64,000 nt of DNA, from the NCBI GenBank assembly GCA_031551205.1, contig JAVBNY010000003.1, positions 20,590 to 84,589 of the forward strand, given 5' to 3'. The DNA is from Oscillospiraceae bacterium (GTDB lineage: Bacteria > Bacillota > Clostridia > Oscillospirales > JAVBNY01). Position 1 is the stretch's first letter. Every line of letters starts with the position of its first letter. Shown here one piece after another: positions 43,943 to 55,300 of the stretch. The translations under genes were made by a program, and so were the position numbers. The notes under the pieces are model-generated. The model saw only the letters and a program-made list of their open reading frames with translations. It did not search any database and was not told the DNA's origin.

Positions 43943-45562
43943 CTATCCTACCCCCGATCCCGCTTTTTCCAGCGCCTTTGTTACCCCAAGCATCACCTGA
44001 CCGCTGGTCAACGCGGCGGCCTGGGTCATATTGATGGTTACTTTGTTAGTGGTCTGCGAATTGTCCGTAATGTTCTGCACTGCCCCCATTTGGAGCTTTT
44101 CCGCCGCCTGAGCGGCCATCTGCTCAACATTTGCCTGGGAATTGAGGAACATCTGTCGGTTCTCGGCCTCAATGGTCTTGGCATTTTCCTTCTGTGACGC
44201 CGCTAACTCCGCCTGTGTTATCCTGCTTGCCAGTTCGGCATTGACCCGGGCCTTGTCGCGCTCTGCCTGTTCGCGTGCCGCCTCAATCTGATCCCGCACG
44301 GCCTGTTTTTCCTCCTCCTTGGCCCGATACCACATCGCGTCTTCTTTTGTGCGGAGGGCCTCCTCAAGGGCCTGCTGCTTTCGGATGACCTCTTTCCGAA
44401 ACTCGGCCTCCTGCTGGGCGTCCCGGGCAAAGGTAAGCTGGGCCTGAGCGGCTTGGAGGTCTTTTCGCGCGCGCGCAATCTTCGCGTCGTAGTCCTCATC
44501 CTCGCGAAGCTCCCGGCGTTTCTGTATCTCCAGGTCAATGCCCTCGATTACGGCGGTGAGCCTGTCCTCCTCGGCCTTCTGGAGACGTTCGATGCTCGCG
44601 ATCTGCCCGTCGGCCCATTCCCGGTAGGCTTCCTGCTGCTGTTGCAGGGCGGATTTTATGAGATCAAGCTCCTTTGAGAGAGCTTCGCCGACCTCCTGTA
44701 TCATCTTTTCACTTTGTGACTTGCGGTAGCTGTATATTTTTTCAAAACCCGCTCGGTATTCGTCGGAGCTTTTATCTAGATGTTCGTTTATATACTGCTC
44801 AAGGCGGTCAAAATACTCACGTTCGCTTACGAGATCGAGCGCCCGCTCGAAGTCAAGATCAGCCATGAATTGCTTGTAGCCCTTGGCCTGCTCTTCCTGC
44901 AGGTTCTTTTCAAGTTCCGCCTTGACATCCTTTTTGTGCCTGTAAATCTCAATATTGACCTTTTTCCACTCATCGGAGCCCTCTTTGAGATGCTTGGTCT
45001 GTAACGCGAGCAAATCTGCGTAGTATTCGTCCTCGGCCTTGATGTCCATATCCCGCAGATAGTCCATTTCTGCCCGGGCCACCTTAAATGCCTCGACGGC
45101 TATCCCTTCTGAGGTCTTCTTTTTAGCTCCGCCGGAACCGGAGCTTCGGGCGCTGCCACCGCCGCCCACCTTGATAGGATTTTTAAGCATCTGGTCGAGC
45201 AGTCCAATTTGCAGATCAAGCGCTTTTGCCTCTTCCTCCATTGCCGCACGCTTGGCGATTGCCATAGCCGAGTATGCCCCAGCGGCGTTTAGCGCCCCGT
45301 TTTTCTCGTATTCAAGCTGTCTTACGATGTTGCTACGCTCTGCAACTAGCGTCGCCTGCTGCTCAAGTATTTTGGCGTTGTATAATTCGCGGTAGCTGTC
45401 GGCGCTAAGTGTGACGGCTCCGGTCTCCTCGTCGATGGCCAGCGCTGCGGCATAGCCCGCTTCCATCAGGGACAGAGTGGTCTTTGCCGACAGCTCGCCG
45501 TTGTTTTTTTGCTCATCAAGGGCAGAGGCGAGGGCCTCAGCCTCTCCGATCAGGTCGCCCAT
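43943..45562 (-). CDS. Phage tail tape measure protein, probable 5'-truncated fragment
   Basis: 539 aa, Ala/Glu/Gln/Lys-rich coiled coil (QQQEAYREWADGQIASIERLQKAEEDRL...). The frame stays open ~120 nt upstream without a start or RBS. No chaperone or tube genes lie upstream. Confidence 0.65.
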   Translation of the reverse strand: MGDLIGEAEALASALDEQKNNGELSAKTTLSLMEAGYAAALAIDEETGAVTLSADSYRELYNAKILEQQATLVAERSNIVRQLEYEKNGALNAAGAYSAMAIAKRAAMEEEAKALDLQIGLLDQMLKNPIKVGGGGSARSSGSGGAKKKTSEGIAVEAFKVARAEMDYLRDMDIKAEDEYYADLLALQTKHLKEGSDEWKKVNIEIYRHKKDVKAELEKNLQEEQAKGYKQFMADLDFERALDLVSEREYFDRLEQYINEHLDKSSDEYRAGFEKIYSYRKSQSEKMIQEVGEALSKELDLIKSALQQQQEAYREWADGQIASIERLQKAEEDRLTAVIEGIDLEIQKRRELREDEDYDAKIARARKDLQAAQAQLTFARDAQQEAEFRKEVIRKQQALEEALRTKEDAMWYRAKEEEKQAVRDQIEAAREQAERDKARVNAELASRITQAELAASQKENAKTIEAENRQMFLNSQANVEQMAAQAAEKLQMGAVQNITDNSQTTNKVTINMTQAAALTSGQVMLGVTKALEKAGSGVG

Positions 45563-45654
45563 AGCAGATGAGAGGTCTTTCAGGGAGGCGGTATAGCCCT
45601 CGGTGGAGGAGGCCGCGTCAGCAGCGGCGCCCGAGGTACGAGCAGGAATACAAG

Positions 45655-45876
45655 ATGCAGTATATGTACTGGTATAACCGGGTCAAGAAGCTCCGCAAAG
45701 CCGCCGACGGGACTGACCGATTTGAAAAGGCGGAGTCGGCGCTGGTAGCTTTCCGTAAGGAGGCTGTACAGCGGAAAAAGGCTGTTGCGGGCGGGACAAC
45801 AGACGAAGCCGATTTCCGCAACTGGATGTTCCGGCAAGGACAGGTCATTGACGGGTTGATGGAGGAGGGGGGTTGA
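45655..45876 (+). CDS. Small hypothetical protein at the prophage truncation junction
   Basis: MQYMYWYNRVKKLRKAADGTDRFEKAESALVAFRKEAVQRKKAV... (73 aa). Composition is plausible for a real protein, the RBS is weak, and it lies on the strand opposite the tail genes. Confidence 0.3.
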   Translation: MQYMYWYNRVKKLRKAADGTDRFEKAESALVAFRKEAVQRKKAVAGGTTDEADFRNWMFRQGQVIDGLMEEGG

Positions 45877-46054
45877 TGCCTAACGCTCACCTGCATTTTA
45901 TATAATACGCGAGTTCACTCGCCTACTTCCGAGTTTCGGCATTATCCAAAAACTATACGAGTATACCGCCGCAATTAGTCCAAGACTTCATAAAAAATTC
46001 TCGCGTTTCTGATATAATATTAAATGAGACCAGCTCCTGATCGGTGGTGAATCC

Positions 46055-48022
46055 ATGAAGCGAAAACAAAACACCGTATTCTTTTCCATATTATTGCTCA
46101 TTTTCCTCGCCTGCGGCGCGCTGTGGCTGTGGACGGATTACCTCGTCACGCATATCTCCGCAGAGGGCGGCGAACGGAATTTGCGCGAAGTGGACTTTTC
46201 TGCCGGCTGTTTCGACCTTTACGGCCCGGTGGAATACATACCTAATGTGCTGTTAACTCCGGAGGAATTTGAAGCGCGTCGGGACGAAATCCAGATTGGC
46301 AATCCGGCGGGCGAAGACCCATACAGCACCAGCCGCCTGCGCGTCTATGTGCCCGTGGGAACATACGGTCTGATGATGTGGAACGCCGAGCTTGCGGCTA
46401 ATATTTACATAAACGGTCAGTTCATGGAAAGCGTCGGCGTCCCCGTCGGCAATGCGGAGCACTCCATTCCGGGCGTAAAACTGCTCTATTTCACAACGGA
46501 CGCCCCGGACGGCGTGATCGAGATTGTACAGCAGGCGTCCAACCATGTTCTGCCGGGGAGCGACAGCCATGCGGACATCCTCATCGGCAGGCCGGAGAAC
46601 ATTCGGGATATTTACAATCAGTACCGCGGCATCCCGACTATGGCGATGGGCTGCTTTCTCGCGCTGGCGCTGGCGCACCTGATTCTTTTCTCCCTGTTCC
46701 GGTCGTACAAGGCGAACCTGTGGTTTGCGCTGTTTTGCTTTGGCTGGTTTTTGCGGACGGGATATGTCAACCCGTGGATTTTATCCACACTGTTTCCGCT
46801 GCCGTGGGGCGCGCTCTTTCGCTTGGACTGCCTGACCTATCCGGCCGGAGCACTGCTATTATGCCTGTCGCTGAACGCGCTGTTTCCCGGTGTGATTCAA
46901 AAGTGGTTCCGAATTGCGCTCTCTGCCGCCTGCGGCATATTTGCCTGCGCGAGCCTATTCCTTGGCAACGCTGCTCTGTGGGATACCATGTCCTATTTTA
47001 ACGCCGTGATCTTTCTCACGGCGGCATACTTACTCGTCCGACTGTGCATGAAGGTGAGGAAGCCGAATGCGGAACAAATTGCCGTTCTCGCGGGGCTTGG
47101 CATCTTTCTTTTCGGCGTTCTGCGGGATATCCTGCACTTTGAAATCCTTCCCGCACAGCACGTCGTGAGCGAGCTAACCCGGCACACGATGGCCGAGTAC
47201 GCACTGCTCGCCTTTGTGTTTTTCCACATGGCCGCCATGTTCCGCAGCACCATGCGGGAGATTGCGGCGGCAAAAGAAGCCGAGCAAAGGCGGGCGATGG
47301 AAGCCGAATCAGAGCGGCGGCTCAGCGCCATGAAAAGTGAGTTTATGGGTGAGCTCTCCCATGAGCTCAGGATGCCGATCTCGGCCATATCGGGCTTTGC
47401 CCAGTATTTTCAGGAGCTGCTCGGCGACGAGACACTTGATATTGACGAACTCCGATACGGCGCGCGGCGGGTCGAAAGCGAGACCGAGCGCATGGACAGG
47501 CTGGTGAGCCAGCTGCTGGACATGTCGGCCATTGAGGCGGGCCGCTTCTCCATCCGCAAAGAGCGTGTTTCGGTGGAGGATTTATTCGACCGGATACGCC
47601 GCAACTACTTCCCCATGATGAACGGCGGGCGCAACCGGCTTGTCGTAAAGCTCGACCGCGATATCGTGATTTACGCAGACCGGGAGCGTGTTCTGCAGGT
47701 GCTGTTAAACCTCGTTTCCAACTCCTGCAAATACACCGAGGACGGCGAAATCACCCTTGCCGCCGAAAAAGAAAACGGCGTGGTCAGGTTCAGCATTGCC
47801 GACACCGGCGAGGGCATGGCCCCCGAAATATTGGCGGCAATCTTCACGCGATACCCGCAGATGCGGGGCGGCGTCAAGGGCGTGACGGGCAACGGGCTGG
47901 GGCTGTTCATCAGCAAGAAGCTGGTTGAGGCTCACGGCGGCGGGATAGGCGTCGAAAGCAACCCCGGAAAAGGGACAAGGGTGTGGTTCACAATTCCAGC
48001 GGAAGGAGAGGATGCAAAATGA
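46055..48022 (+). CDS. Sensor histidine kinase with 7TMR-DISM-like N-terminus (extracellular domain + 7 TM), HisKA and HATPase_c
   Basis: N-terminal TM, a ~190 aa extracytoplasmic domain, then ~7 TM helices. H-box FMGELSHELRMPISAISGF. N and G boxes LLNLVSNSCKYT, ADTGEGM and GNGLGLFISKKLVEAHGG. Confidence 0.85.
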   Translation: MKRKQNTVFFSILLLIFLACGALWLWTDYLVTHISAEGGERNLREVDFSAGCFDLYGPVEYIPNVLLTPEEFEARRDEIQIGNPAGEDPYSTSRLRVYVPVGTYGLMMWNAELAANIYINGQFMESVGVPVGNAEHSIPGVKLLYFTTDAPDGVIEIVQQASNHVLPGSDSHADILIGRPENIRDIYNQYRGIPTMAMGCFLALALAHLILFSLFRSYKANLWFALFCFGWFLRTGYVNPWILSTLFPLPWGALFRLDCLTYPAGALLLCLSLNALFPGVIQKWFRIALSAACGIFACASLFLGNAALWDTMSYFNAVIFLTAAYLLVRLCMKVRKPNAEQIAVLAGLGIFLFGVLRDILHFEILPAQHVVSELTRHTMAEYALLAFVFFHMAAMFRSTMREIAAAKEAEQRRAMEAESERRLSAMKSEFMGELSHELRMPISAISGFAQYFQELLGDETLDIDELRYGARRVESETERMDRLVSQLLDMSAIEAGRFSIRKERVSVEDLFDRIRRNYFPMMNGGRNRLVVKLDRDIVIYADRERVLQVLLNLVSNSCKYTEDGEITLAAEKENGVVRFSIADTGEGMAPEILAAIFTRYPQMRGGVKGVTGNGLGLFISKKLVEAHGGGIGVESNPGKGTRVWFTIPAEGEDAK

Positions 48023-48705
48023 GCCAAAAGAAACCTGTTGTTTTTATGATCGAGGACGATCTGTCCATGCGGGAACTAAACCGGCGCACCCTCGCCCGGC
48101 GCGGCATCGATACGGTCTGCGCCGAAACGCTGAAGGAGGCGCGGAGCCTGCTGCGCGAGCCGTTCGACCTAATTTTGCTTGATCTCCTTCTTCCCGATGG
48201 CAACGGCCTCGACTTCGTGCCCGAGATTCGCGCCGTCACCGCCGTTCCCATCCTGATGCTGACCAGCAAGCGGGAGGACGAGGACATTGTGAAGGGTCTG
48301 CTGGGCGGCGGGGACGACTACATGACCAAGCCTTTCCGCAATGAGGAACTGTACGCCCGCATTGTTGCGCTGCTAAGACGGGTGGAGTTGGCCGAAACGC
48401 GCGGGCGTGAGATCACAAAAGGCTTGCTCAAGCTGGATACGGTGGCTGGCCGGGCGACGCTTTCGGGCGAGGATATACAGCTTGCGCCCAAGGAGTTTGC
48501 GGTGCTGCTTTTGCTCATGCAAAACGAAGGGAAAGTGTTTACAGCCGAAAAGCTGTATGAAGCCGTCTGGAAGCTGCCGATGGCAAGCGACGACCACTCG
48601 CTCAAGAACGCGGTTTACCGCCTGCGTAAAAAACTGGAAAGCGGCGGCAGCGATTATGGGATCACCGCGGCGCGGGGCGAGGGGTATTGCTTTGAAAAGG
48701 TTTAG
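48019..48705 (+). CDS. OmpR-family response regulator
   Basis: Its start overlaps the kinase stop (ATGA). The receiver has VVFMIEDD, FDLILLDLLLPDGNG, LMLTS and YMTKPF. Winged helix LAPKEFAVLLLLMQNEGKVFTAEKLYEAVW...LKNAVYRLRKKL...GEGYCF. Confidence 0.9.
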   Translation: MSQKKPVVFMIEDDLSMRELNRRTLARRGIDTVCAETLKEARSLLREPFDLILLDLLLPDGNGLDFVPEIRAVTAVPILMLTSKREDEDIVKGLLGGGDDYMTKPFRNEELYARIVALLRRVELAETRGREITKGLLKLDTVAGRATLSGEDIQLAPKEFAVLLLLMQNEGKVFTAEKLYEAVWKLPMASDDHSLKNAVYRLRKKLESGGSDYGITAARGEGYCFEKV

Positions 48706-48769
48706 GCGATTAGAACGCCCCTGTTGGGATTGTCAATAGCTTTGTCAATAATTTTAGAAAAATATTCAG

Positions 48770-48805
48770 CGCGAAAGTCCCATTTTTGAGACTTTCGCGT
48801 TTTTG
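48770..48805 (+). terminator. Terminator after the response regulator gene
   Basis: CGCGAAAGTC-ccatttttga-GACTTTCGCG followed by TTTTTGTG. Confidence 0.7.
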
Positions 48806-48904
48806 TGTTCCCCGCATGGTAAAATGTAGGTACGTATCAAAAGAAGTCCAAAGACTTCTGTTTTTTTATTTGCACTCCATTTTTAATGGAAAGGAGCGTG
48901 TTTC

Positions 48905-49312
48905 ATGCCGGAGCAAAAAGCTGTGCTGCTGGTGGACAATGAGCCCAATCTGCTGCGCCTGAACACGCGTGTGCTGGAGCGCGAGGGCTATTATGTCCTG
49001 CCCGCGCGAAGTCTGCGCGACGCACGGTGCCTCATCAAAGACGTCGTTTTCCATGCCGCCGTGCTGGAAGCGGAGCTGCCCGACGGGAGCGGCCTGGACT
49101 TCTGCCGGGAACTGCGGGAGATGAGAGGCGTTCCCGTCGTGCTGCTGACAGCACTCAAGGGGAAAGGGCCCGAACAAGCCGGATATGAGGCCGGCGCCGG
49201 CGACTACATCGTAAAGCCTTATCGTATCGAGCAACTGACCGGGAGCATTGAGGCGCTCCTAAATCGAAAAGCATCAGACAACCCCCATATTATTGAGGAG
49301 GCAAAAAAATGA
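48905..49312 (+). CDS. Stand-alone receiver-domain protein with Glu in place of the phospho-acceptor Asp (pseudo-receiver)
   Basis: RBS AAAGGAG. 135 aa. Aligns with the upstream regulator through LPDG.GLDF, where DLILLDLLLPDGNG corresponds to HAAVLEAELPDGSG (D to E). The acidic pair is DN rather than DD. Thr (LLTA) and Lys (IVKPY) are retained. The stop overlaps the start of the next gene. Confidence 0.8.
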   Translation: MPEQKAVLLVDNEPNLLRLNTRVLEREGYYVLPARSLRDARCLIKDVVFHAAVLEAELPDGSGLDFCRELREMRGVPVVLLTALKGKGPEQAGYEAGAGDYIVKPYRIEQLTGSIEALLNRKASDNPHIIEEAKK

Positions 49313-52300
49313 AATATTCACTCAAGCGTGCGCTTGCAATGCTTCTTGTTTTGGTGTCGATACTCGGCATCGTACCCATGAACGCATTGGCGGTGGAGAC
49401 TCATTACAGCGACACATCCGGCCATTGGGCGGCGCCGGCTATCTATAGATGGTCGGGATACGACGTCCTAAACGGCTATGCCGGCATGTTCAGGCCGAAT
49501 GACCCGATCACCCGCGCGGAAATGGCGACCGTGCTGACAAAGATCGTCGGCTACACCGCTGCCGGAACGAACTCGTTTTCCGATGTCGACAGCGGCAAAT
49601 GGTATTATGATGCCGTACTCAAACTTGCCACGGCCGGCATTATGCTCGGTTCGGACGGAAGGGCCCGTCCGGAGGACAGCATTACCCGCGAGGAAGCGGC
49701 AACTCTTATATCCCGGACTTTTGACATTCCTGAAAACACCACAGACCCCAAGCCATTTGGCGATGCGGCGAGCATCTCCGCGTGGGCGGCAGGTTCTGTC
49801 GGCGGGTTGCACGCCGCAGGGTACATTGCGGGCAAGCCGGGCAATGTGTTTGGACCCAAAGCAAATATCACAAGGGCAGAAACTGTGACCATTCTCGACA
49901 ACATGGTCAAAGCTTTCTATCACTCCAAAGGGGAGTACAGTGCCAGCGTGAACGGCAACGCGGTTGTGCGCGCCGACGGGGTCATATTAAAAGACACCGC
50001 GGTGTCCCGCAATCTCTATCTTACGGAGGGCATTGGTGGTGGCAACGTCACGCTGAACAACGTCACTATCAACGATACGACCTACATACGCGGCGGCGGC
50101 CCGAATTCCGTCCGCGCGACAGGCGGCGATTTGGGCGCTGTGGTATTGAACAGCCTGACTAGTACACATCTGGATCTTTCAGGCGATACAAAAGCTTCCC
50201 GAATCACCATTCGCAACACCGGAACGGTGACCCGCGGTGACATAACCGTGGCGTTTGACGCCGCAATGGGAACGCTAACGCTCGGCGGAACGTTTGACAA
50301 GGCAACACTGCACGCGGACGGTGTGATGAGTGTCACCGCCGGAGGGGTATCATATGAGATCATACCGCCCGAAGGCAAGGTGACGGCGCTCACGCTCGCC
50401 GAGGGCAGTATTGTTAAGGAAATGGACTTAAGCGCGCCATTACATATTACCGGGACGGGTCAAATCGACAATCTGAGCATTCACGCGAGCGGCGTGATGA
50501 TAGACAGCGGCGTGAAGATAAATCCGGATCGCATCGCCATAGACAAAGAGCTCTCCGTGACAGTGGGCGGGAAAACCTACACGGGTATCTCCGACGGTGG
50601 CAGCGGCGGCAACAGTGGCGGCGGTGGCGGCGGTGGCGGCTCTACCGTCAAGGTCTCCTATGAGACATTCGGGGAGCCGAAAATCGACCCCTCCATAATC
50701 GCCAGAGGCGCCACTCTTTCCGACGTACCTCAGCCAGTGCGGCCGGAAGACTCTTTTATCGGCTGGTATACCGATACCGGCTTCACCCAGCCGTTTGACG
50801 CAACCCAGCCGGTTGCCGGGGACATGACGCTGTACGCCGATTGGACGGAGCGGGACAACAACTACGTGGAGTATGCGGACCCGAATAAGTTCATCGACGA
50901 CTGCGACCCGCGCTATGCTATAGCCGTCCTGTCGCCGTTGGCACAGTTGACGCAGACAAACCTGGTAGACTATGTACTGATCGAGGGAAATGGGGAGATC
51001 CCCGCGTTTGCCGTGACCGACCTGGGGAGCGGCCGCTACAAAATTGAGCCGCAATCGGATTACGAAGCGGGCTGCCTGTATACCTTTTCCCTGAAAGACG
51101 ACACGCTGATCTTCGACGGCGAGGACGCAGCCGTGCGCACGCTGACCATCCGGCCGTTCAAAGCGGAGAGCAAAAACGTTGATTTTAACGATAACATCTT
51201 CGATGTGAACTGGGACGATGTGAGCGATTACACAGTGGTCGAGGAAACGGGTATCGGCTCGATGAAGATCCCTGCTCTCCAATACAGCGCCGTCAAAGAG
51301 GCCTTCCTTCTGAACAGCTTCAATCCGGAAGCTCAGACGACCATACGAATCCAGGATTCCAGATACAGCTTGGGGGAAGAAAACTACCGTGAGACGGAGT
51401 ATTGCAATATAACGTCTCTGACGCAGACGGGCGATCTTCTCACTTTGCAAATAGAGAGCAGCGAACCGATAGACGTCTTTGACGATTTGGACGTGTACCT
51501 CAAGGATGTAGAGGTAGATCTGACTGACTATATGAACAGCCTGAATCTGAATGCCCTGGCCGAACAGGCTGAACAAAGCGCAGGCGCGCGGCAGATGGGA
51601 GAGCTGCTCAACGCAGCACTCGCCGAGAGTCCAACGGTGCAGGGCTTGCTGAAAGAGCCAAACGCCCTAGCGGCGGGCCTGTCGTCCGCGGCAGACTACG
51701 GCTTTAAGACGCCTTCGCGTGAGAAGGAGGAAAACTTACTGCCGGCCGCATTCGACATGTTCTTGTCACTGGTCGACGTCAAAGCAACGACCGGTGAAAC
51801 GGACAACGCCAATTTTTACAACAGGCCGGGTTACTTTGTCACGGTGGAGTTTGGCTACAGCGGCACCATCAAGAACAAGGTTCAGGTGGACGCCACCTTC
51901 AAGGTGACGGAGTATATGAGCCTCTATGCCGACTTGGACGCTCAGTATCACGGCGTGTGGAAGAAACCGAAAACATGGGACGACCTGGAGGTTACTTTCC
52001 TCTCCAATATCTATTCGCAGACAGACATTTCGGTGGACGTAGTGGCCAAATCCGTGAGCCAGGATCCGGCTTACTCCTATGAGATCAACGTTACCGAAGA
52101 ACTGACCAAGCTGATGAGCGGCGACGAGCAAGCCGGCGCGGGCGCCTCCTCCATGCTGAAAAAAGTGCTTGCTGACCAGGGGGATTATGTGGAGATCATC
52201 TCGCTGCCTATTGCCAAAGCGAGCATCCAGATCATCCCCGAGGCGCCGGTCGTCCAGGTCGATTTCGATATGAATTTCGTGATCAAGGCCAGCTTTGCCG

Positions 52301-55300
52301 CGGGCGTTCATGCCGACATGACCTTCCTCAACACACGGGCGCTAGGCTTTTACTACAATCTGGACAACGGGGACAAGAAAGACTACAACGTGCCCATCGG
52401 GAGCTATGACGGCGAATACTACATCGACCTGTGGGTCGCCGGGTATTTCGGCGTAAAGGCCGGTGTGTACGGCGAGGTCAGCGTTGGAGTCATCGGCCTG
52501 AAAGAGATTTTCGACGCGGGAATGTCTCTGGAGGTCGGCGCGTTTGCCGACATGTGGGGGCTGATCCATTTGCTGCACTACAAAAACAATTCTCCATCCT
52601 TCCGGGGGACCGACGTGCAGGGCGGATTGTATTTTGAAGTCGGCATCTACGTGGAAGCGTCCGTGTTCGTGCGCTCCAAGTTTCTAAGCAATTTTATGGA
52701 TGCCGCAGAGGCGAGATGGACGTTTTTAGACTTGAAACCCCCGCTGTTTACCTTTGGCGATCAGTATTTATTGTTGAGATTCATGAATAACAATTCGCGT
52801 ATTCTAACGCGCGGGGATTTGCCGCTGACCGGGGGCAGCGGGCTGTTCGACGCGGAGGTCATCGACCTGAAAACGGGGAATATCTTTAAAGGAAGTGAAT
52901 ATATCACCTCCGATAAATTCGCAGTTAACGTACCGTCGCCCTACTTTGAAGTAGATTACACAAACAAAAAAATAAAAATGCGTACGGATAAATTGGGCGA
53001 CCGTACCATTACCCCTTACTTCCCGGCGGGCACACAAACCTTGTCTTCCCCCGCCACAGTCTATTACAAAGGCGGCTCCCTGGCCTTTGGCACCCATACC
53101 GTCATACCTTCGGGCGTTGCGGAGTGGATGTCTTCTCAAAAGGGAATCACGTTGGTCTGGGCGCATCCCACCCTGGAGATCGGCGATTTTGACGACTTGA
53201 AATCCTACAAGGCGTCCTACTATTTGGAACTGGATGGGCAGAGAACCCTGTTGGATCAAAGAGACGTTCTGATGGGGCAGGTACCGGGCGCGCCCCTCTT
53301 GCCAAACGCGAAATGGCCTGACGCCACCTGGAAATTCGACATAGAACTGCGCAATAACTGCGTGGTGAAGGGGGTCTCTCCGGATTTCTACAGCGCGATT
53401 ACCAAGGACACCGATTACATCATCAAAGCGGAAAAGCTGCAGCGGCTGGCGGCCATTGTTTCGCACCACGACGGCGCCTGGTACTTTGACGTCTACGCAG
53501 TGAACTGCGGAGAGATGCCCGCGTTGCCCGCCGGTTACGACGCAGGCTTCGGCGGCTGGACCACGCCCGTAAGCTGGTACGTTGAGAGGGGCTATCCGGA
53601 CTTCAGCGTAACCGCCTTTGATGAGCTTCAACCGGCAGGCAACAAATATAGGGCCGGAATGAACGAAAAAGGGGAAACGGTTTACTCCTTCCGGCCAGAC
53701 GCCACCTGCGTGAGCGGCTACCCCACCGACAGGCCGATTTACAGCTACAAAAGCCCAATCACCGAAGAATATTCCGAGTATCTGTTCAACGATTATTCGG
53801 CGCATGGGTACATGCACAAATTCAAGCGGCCCGCCAAGGACTTTGGGCCCGCCAAGGATATCTTGGGGTCGTGGTGGACGGACTACTACGATATCAAGCC
53901 GGCAGACCGGTTCGGCAACTATTTTGAGGATGCCAACTGGATGCGTTTCTACGAATACCTGTATGTTGCCGAGTACGCCAAGCAGGAATTCACCGTCACA
54001 TTCAACGCCGGGGATGGTGTGTTCTCCGCAGACATGCAGGAACACTTGGATATGTATGGCATATACACACAAGACTATTTGATGAACACGACCCTGGGTA
54101 CGCTATATGGCAGTACAGTCGTTCCTCCATCTGATGATCCGGCCAACACCTATATTCTGAGCGGCTGGAAAGACCAGGATGGCAAAGAATATCAGCCGGG
54201 CGAACGGTACGTGGTCACAAAAGATATGATCTTTACCGCCATGTACACCGTCGTGCCTGATGAGTACACCATTTCGGTCTACCCCGTCGGTGCGGCCTTC
54301 CCGGACGACGACGGGAAAAAGACCTTCACCGGAGCATTTGGCGCCCAGACCGGCATTGGTGCGGCCATTGATTTCAACCTGTTTGACAGCTGGACGGTCT
54401 CTGCCGGCGCGGGATATGACTACGTCTTTGACGGATGGTATTTTGCCGGCAGCAGTGAGAAGCTCACCGCCTGGCCGGAAACGTTTGGGACTTTCGGCAA
54501 AGAAGCGCGCAACATCGTAATTGTCGCCAAAATCAAGCTCGCCACCCAGCTGCACACCATAACCTTCGACGCCAACGGCGGCGCGTTTGAAGGCGGCCAA
54601 ACGACTTATACCAAACAGTACGAGCACGGGGCAATTATTAACCCGGCAGAGATTCCCGTGCCGACGAGGGCGGAAGACGATTTCTTCACCTATACCTTTG
54701 CCGACTGGGAGCTTTACGGCGCGCTGCAGCCCGTAACCCAAGGCCACACCTATTACGCGGATTGGACGAAAACGCTGAAAGGTGGCGCTGCTTTGCCGGA
54801 GGGCATTATGATTTCCAACGGTGTGACGAGCGAGGATATCAACTGCGTGAACCTCGGCGGTGGGTATACGCCCATAGCGGGATACACGTACGAGCCAGAC
54901 AGCAATGGCGTTCCGACACTGACAATCACCGCAAACGGGCTGACCATCAGCGGTGCGGTGAGCGGCACTGTCAATGGCCCGGAGGACACGGTGGCGATCT
55001 TTATCGAGGAAACCGTCACCGACGTCACATTTAAGGATCTCTCCCTGACAGGTCTTCACGAGTACGGCGATGTGATCAGTACTTACGGTGGCGATCCTCT
55101 GACGATAACCATAGCGGGCGTATGCAGCTTCGAAAAACAAAATGACGGCACGGAAGGGACGCTGCGCAGCGTGATCCGCAGCCACAGGGATACCCAGATT
55201 ATTGGCGCGGATGCGGGCGCGCAGCTTTCGATTACGGCGTCAAGAGCCGGAGGCGTATCGTGCTACGGGGATCTTGTGTTTGAAGCTCTCGATATGACGA

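Larger units (their letters stand above)
36552..45900 (-). mobile_element. Truncated siphophage remnant (partial tape measure through lysis cassette only)
   Basis: Collinear minus-strand genes: tape measure fragment, distal tail protein, Gp37-like protein, two fibre-like proteins, holin, amidase. No integrase, terminase, portal, capsid, tail tube or repressor is present. A tRNA cluster lies 1.6 kb from the lysis end. Confidence 0.75.

Noticed and set aside
36552-45900. An intact, inducible prophage or a tailocin/PLTS-type particle locus.
   Set aside because: Integrase, repressor, terminase, portal, capsid, tail tube, sheath and baseplate genes are all absent, and the tape measure gene is truncated. 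Only a siphophage distal-tail and lysis fragment remains.
50597-50643. GGY-rich simple repeat (ggtggcagcggcggcaacagtggcggcggtggcggcggtggcggc) as a possible slipped-strand phase-variation tract.
   Set aside because: It encodes an in-frame poly-Gly/Ser linker (GGSGGNSGGGGGGGGS) with mixed codons. Any length change in triplets would only alter the linker length, and there is no evidence of an on/off switch.
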